Assembly: GCA_016184305.1 (NCBI GenBank)
Contig: JACPCX010000190.1
Location: forward strand, 1 to 35,190
From: Candidatus Rokuibacteriota bacterium
GTDB lineage: Bacteria > Methylomirabilota > Methylomirabilia > Rokubacteriales > CSP1-6
DNA length: 35,190 nucleotides
Reading direction: 5' to 3'
Shown: in pieces, positions 33,000-35,190 of the stretch
Layout: each line of letters starts with the position of its first letter
How positions within the stretch are numbered: the stretch's first letter is position 1
Notes under the pieces: generated by a model
What the model saw: the letters and a program-made list of their open reading frames with translations, nothing else
Database searches by the model: none
Told to the model about the DNA's origin: nothing
Program-made: the position numbers and the translations under genes

Positions 33000-33358
33000 T
33001 CCATCTCCACGAGAAGAATGCCGAGCGCAGGCGACTGAACGGGCTCGTGGCGAAGAGCCCCATGCAGGTGCCCGCGGCCTTCGGCGATCTGGGCCGCCGC
33101 GTGTTCGCCGACGGCGCGCTCTCCAAGAAGCACAAGGAGCTGACGGCGCTGGCCGTGGCGGTCTCGCAGAACTGCTTCGACTGAATCGAGCACCGCGTGG
33201 AGGAGGTCCTCCACCAGGGCGCGAGCGCCGCGGAGATCGCCGAGACGCTCGACATCGGCGTGCTGATGGGTGGCACGCTGGCCATCAAGTCCGTCCGCCA
33301 CGCGTTCGCGGTCATGGACGCGCTCAGGGCGGACACCACGGGGAAGAGCAGCGGGTGA
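32996..33358 (+). CDS. AhpD/carboxymuconolactone decarboxylase family protein with in-frame UGA (CxxU); probable selenoprotein
   Basis: DGALSKKHKELTALAVAVSQNCFD-UGA-IEHRVEEVLHQGASAAEIAETLDIGVLMGG. Family homology continues past the UGA at 33182-33184 to a TGA at 33356-33358 (120 aa). AAGGAG RBS. Confidence 0.88.
33197..33214 (+). promoter_or_regulatory. Bacterial SECIS-like hairpin
   Basis: GTGGAGG-AGGT-CCTCCAC: perfect 7-bp stem with an AGGU loop, starting 12 nt after the UGA. Confidence 0.75.
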
Positions 33359-35190
33359 TCGCCCTCGAGTCGGTGTCCAAGGGCTATGGCGGGCAGGAGC
33401 TCCTGCGCGATTGCGGCTGGCGCGTCGTCCGCGGCGAGCGCATCGGCCTCGTGGGGCCCAACGGCGCCGGCAAGACCACGCTGTGCCGGATCATGGCCGG
33501 GGTCGAGGAGCCGGACGCCGGCCGGGTCCATCGCGACGGAGGAGTCTCGGTGGGCTACCTCCCGCAGGAGGTGGGTGGCGGCGGAGGCGCGCGTACGGTG
33601 CTCGCGGAGGCGCTGTCGGGGTTCGACGAGGTGTGGCAGCTCGAGGCCGCGCTCGAGGCTCTCGCGCTGGCCATGGCGCGTCCCGGCGCCGACCCCGCAC
33701 TCACCGACCGCTACGGAGAGATCCAGCACCGCTTCGAGGCGCTGGGCGGGTACCGGCTCGAGGCCCAGGCCAAGGTGATCCTCGGGGGTCTCGGTTTCGA
33801 GCCGGCCAGCGTCCATCGGCCGCTCGGCGAGATTTCCGGAGGCTGGCGGATGCGCGCGGCGCTGGCCCGGCTGCTCCTCCTCCGTCCCGATCTGCTGCTC
33901 CTCGACGAGCCCACCAACCACCTCGATCTCGAGTCGCTCGAGTGGCTGGAGGGGTTCCTCGCGTCCTACGACGGCAGCGTCGTGATCGTCTCCCACGACC
34001 GGTACTTCCTGAACCGCATGGTGACCTCCATCGCCGAGCTGAGCGGGGGGCGCATCCAGGTCTACGCGGGCGATTACGATCACTTCATGGTCGAGCGCGA
34101 GGCGCGGCAGGCGCTCGCCGAGGCCCAGGCGCGCAACCAGGCCAAACGCATCGAGGAGATCGAGCGCTTCATCGAGCGGTTCCGGGCCAAGGCCACCAAG
34201 GCCCGCCAGGTCCAGAGCCGCGTCAAGATGCTCGAGAAGATCGAGCGGGTCGAGGTGGACGCGGCCGCGAGGAAGATCCACTTCAAGTTCCCTCAGCCCC
34301 CGCGTACGGGGCGCGTCGTGGCGCGACTGGCGGGAGTCTGCAAGGCCTATGGCGACCACGTGGTCTACGATGGGCTCGACTTCCTGGTGGAGCGGGGCGA
34401 GCGGGTGGCGCTGGTCGGCGTCAACGGTGCCGGCAAGTCCACCTTGCTCAAGATCCTGGCGGGGCTGCTCCCCTTCGAGCGCGGGGAGCGCGTGCTGGGC
34501 CAGCACGTCGAGGTCCACCACTACGCGCAGCACCAGCTCGACGCGCTCGATCCCGCCCGGACCGTGCTCGAGGAGATCACCGCGGCGGCACCGGACGCCG
34601 TCCACAGCCGTCTCCGCGCCATTCTCGGATCCTTCCTCTTCGGAGGGGATGCCGTGGACAAGCACGTCTCGGTCCTGTCGGGCGGCGAGAAGGCCCGCCT
34701 GGCCCTGGCCAAGATGCTCGTGCGTCCCGCCGCGCTCCTCTGCATGGACGAGCCCACCAACCACCTGGACCTGGCCTCGAAGGAAGTGCTGGAGGAGGCG
34801 CTCGCCACGTTCACCGGGACCATCGTGTTCATCTCCCATGACCGGTACTTCATCAACCGGATCGCGAACCGGGTGGTCGAGGTCCGCGCCGGGCATCTGA
34901 TGAATTTCCTCGGGAACTACGACGACTACCTGTCACACCGCGCGGGGGCCGTGGCCGAGCCGCCGGTGCCCGCCGCGCCAGCCGGGTGCCCGCGCGCTGC
35001 CGCCCCGCCCACCGGAGCGCAGCCCGCCCGCGGCTCCGGCGGCCCGAAGCGGAAGAGCCTGGCGCGCGAGATCAAGGCCATCCAGACGCGTCTGGCGGCC
35101 GTCGAGGCGCAGATCGGCGAGATGGAGGCACGCCTCCAGGAGATCGGGCTCGCCCTGGCCGATCCGGACCTCTACCGCGATGGGGCCCGC
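33355..35190 (+). CDS. ABC-F family ATPase (ribosome-associated, Uup/YheS-like), 3'-truncated by the window; absent from the ORF track
   Basis: GTG start, MIALESVSKGYG..GPNGAGKTT, SGGWRMR..LLLDEPTNHLD..SHDRYFL, linker FIERFRAKATKARQVQSR, second NBD GVNGAGKST..LSGGEKAR..DEPTNHLD. Confidence 0.95.
   Translation, partial: MIALESVSKGYGGQELLRDCGWRVVRGERIGLVGPNGAGKTTLCRIMAGVEEPDAGRVHRDGGVSVGYLPQEVGGGGGARTVLAEALSGFDEVWQLEAALEALALAMARPGADPALTDRYGEIQHRFEALGGYRLEAQAKVILGGLGFEPASVHRPLGEISGGWRMRAALARLLLLRPDLLLLDEPTNHLDLESLEWLEGFLASYDGSVVIVSHDRYFLNRMVTSIAELSGGRIQVYAGDYDHFMVEREARQALAEAQARNQAKRIEEIERFIERFRAKATKARQVQSRVKMLEKIERVEVDAAARKIHFKFPQPPRTGRVVARLAGVCKAYGDHVVYDGLDFLVERGERVALVGVNGAGKSTLLKILAGLLPFERGERVLGQHVEVHHYAQHQLDALDPARTVLEEITAAAPDAVHSRLRAILGSFLFGGDAVDKHVSVLSGGEKARLALAKMLVRPAALLCMDEPTNHLDLASKEVLEEALATFTGTIVFISHDRYFINRIANRVVEVRAGHLMNFLGNYDDYLSHRAGAVAEPPVPAAPAGCPRAAAPPTGAQPARGSGGPKRKSLAREIKAIQTRLAAVEAQIGEMEARLQEIGLALADPDLYRDGAR

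Noticed and set aside
32996..33184. CMD gene as a simple truncated pseudogene, or evidence of genome-wide UGA reassignment
   Set aside because: The UGA falls exactly on the redox Cys, the downstream half is intact and a SECIS-like hairpin is present. Many other genes here use TGA as a true stop with overlapping starts.
1..35190. CRISPR array, tRNA, rRNA or integrase
   Set aside because: No regularly spaced repeats, cloverleaf or rRNA-like segments, or recombinase motifs were seen by eye. Almost all the sequence is accounted for by CDSs.

Overview
GC-rich bacterial chromosomal window. Composition and gene content suggest a soil lineage such as Candidatus Rokubacteria (inference only). (1) 1-12.5 kb: the 3' end of a DppA/OppA-type binding-protein gene, then an ~11.7-kb decaying catabolic block. 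The block holds GntR, two MmgE/PrpD genes, two MaoC genes, an acyl-CoA dehydrogenase, a family III CoA-transferase, a CitE-like lyase stub, a Liv-type ABC transporter with a broken permease and an LLM stub. It resembles itaconate/methylsuccinate (C5-dicarboxylate) degradation clusters. It is bracketed by a 92-bp direct repeat of the binding-protein gene's 3' end and has an IS1634-like transposase scar at its left edge. (2) 12.6-21.5 kb: FAH-family gene, ComDE-like decarboxylase pair, VanZ, MrfA/MrfB-like repair pair, orphan ABC ATPase and a 2-hydroxyacid dehydrogenase. (3) 21.5-29.5 kb: CIRCE-groES-groEL, rpsF-ssb-rpsR-rplI-dnaB, a KimA-like K+ transporter and a crotonase. rpsR (ATT) and the KimA-like gene (CTG) appear to need non-canonical start codons. 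(4) 29.6-35.2 kb: a tightly coupled operon of alkA, a permuted DUF971, an MFS transporter, a hypothetical gene, an AhpD/CMD gene and an ABC-F. The AhpD/CMD gene has an in-frame UGA forming CxxU followed by a SECIS-like hairpin, so it is a probable selenoprotein. No rRNA, tRNA or CRISPR array was seen. All family calls come from motif recognition by eye; no searches were run.
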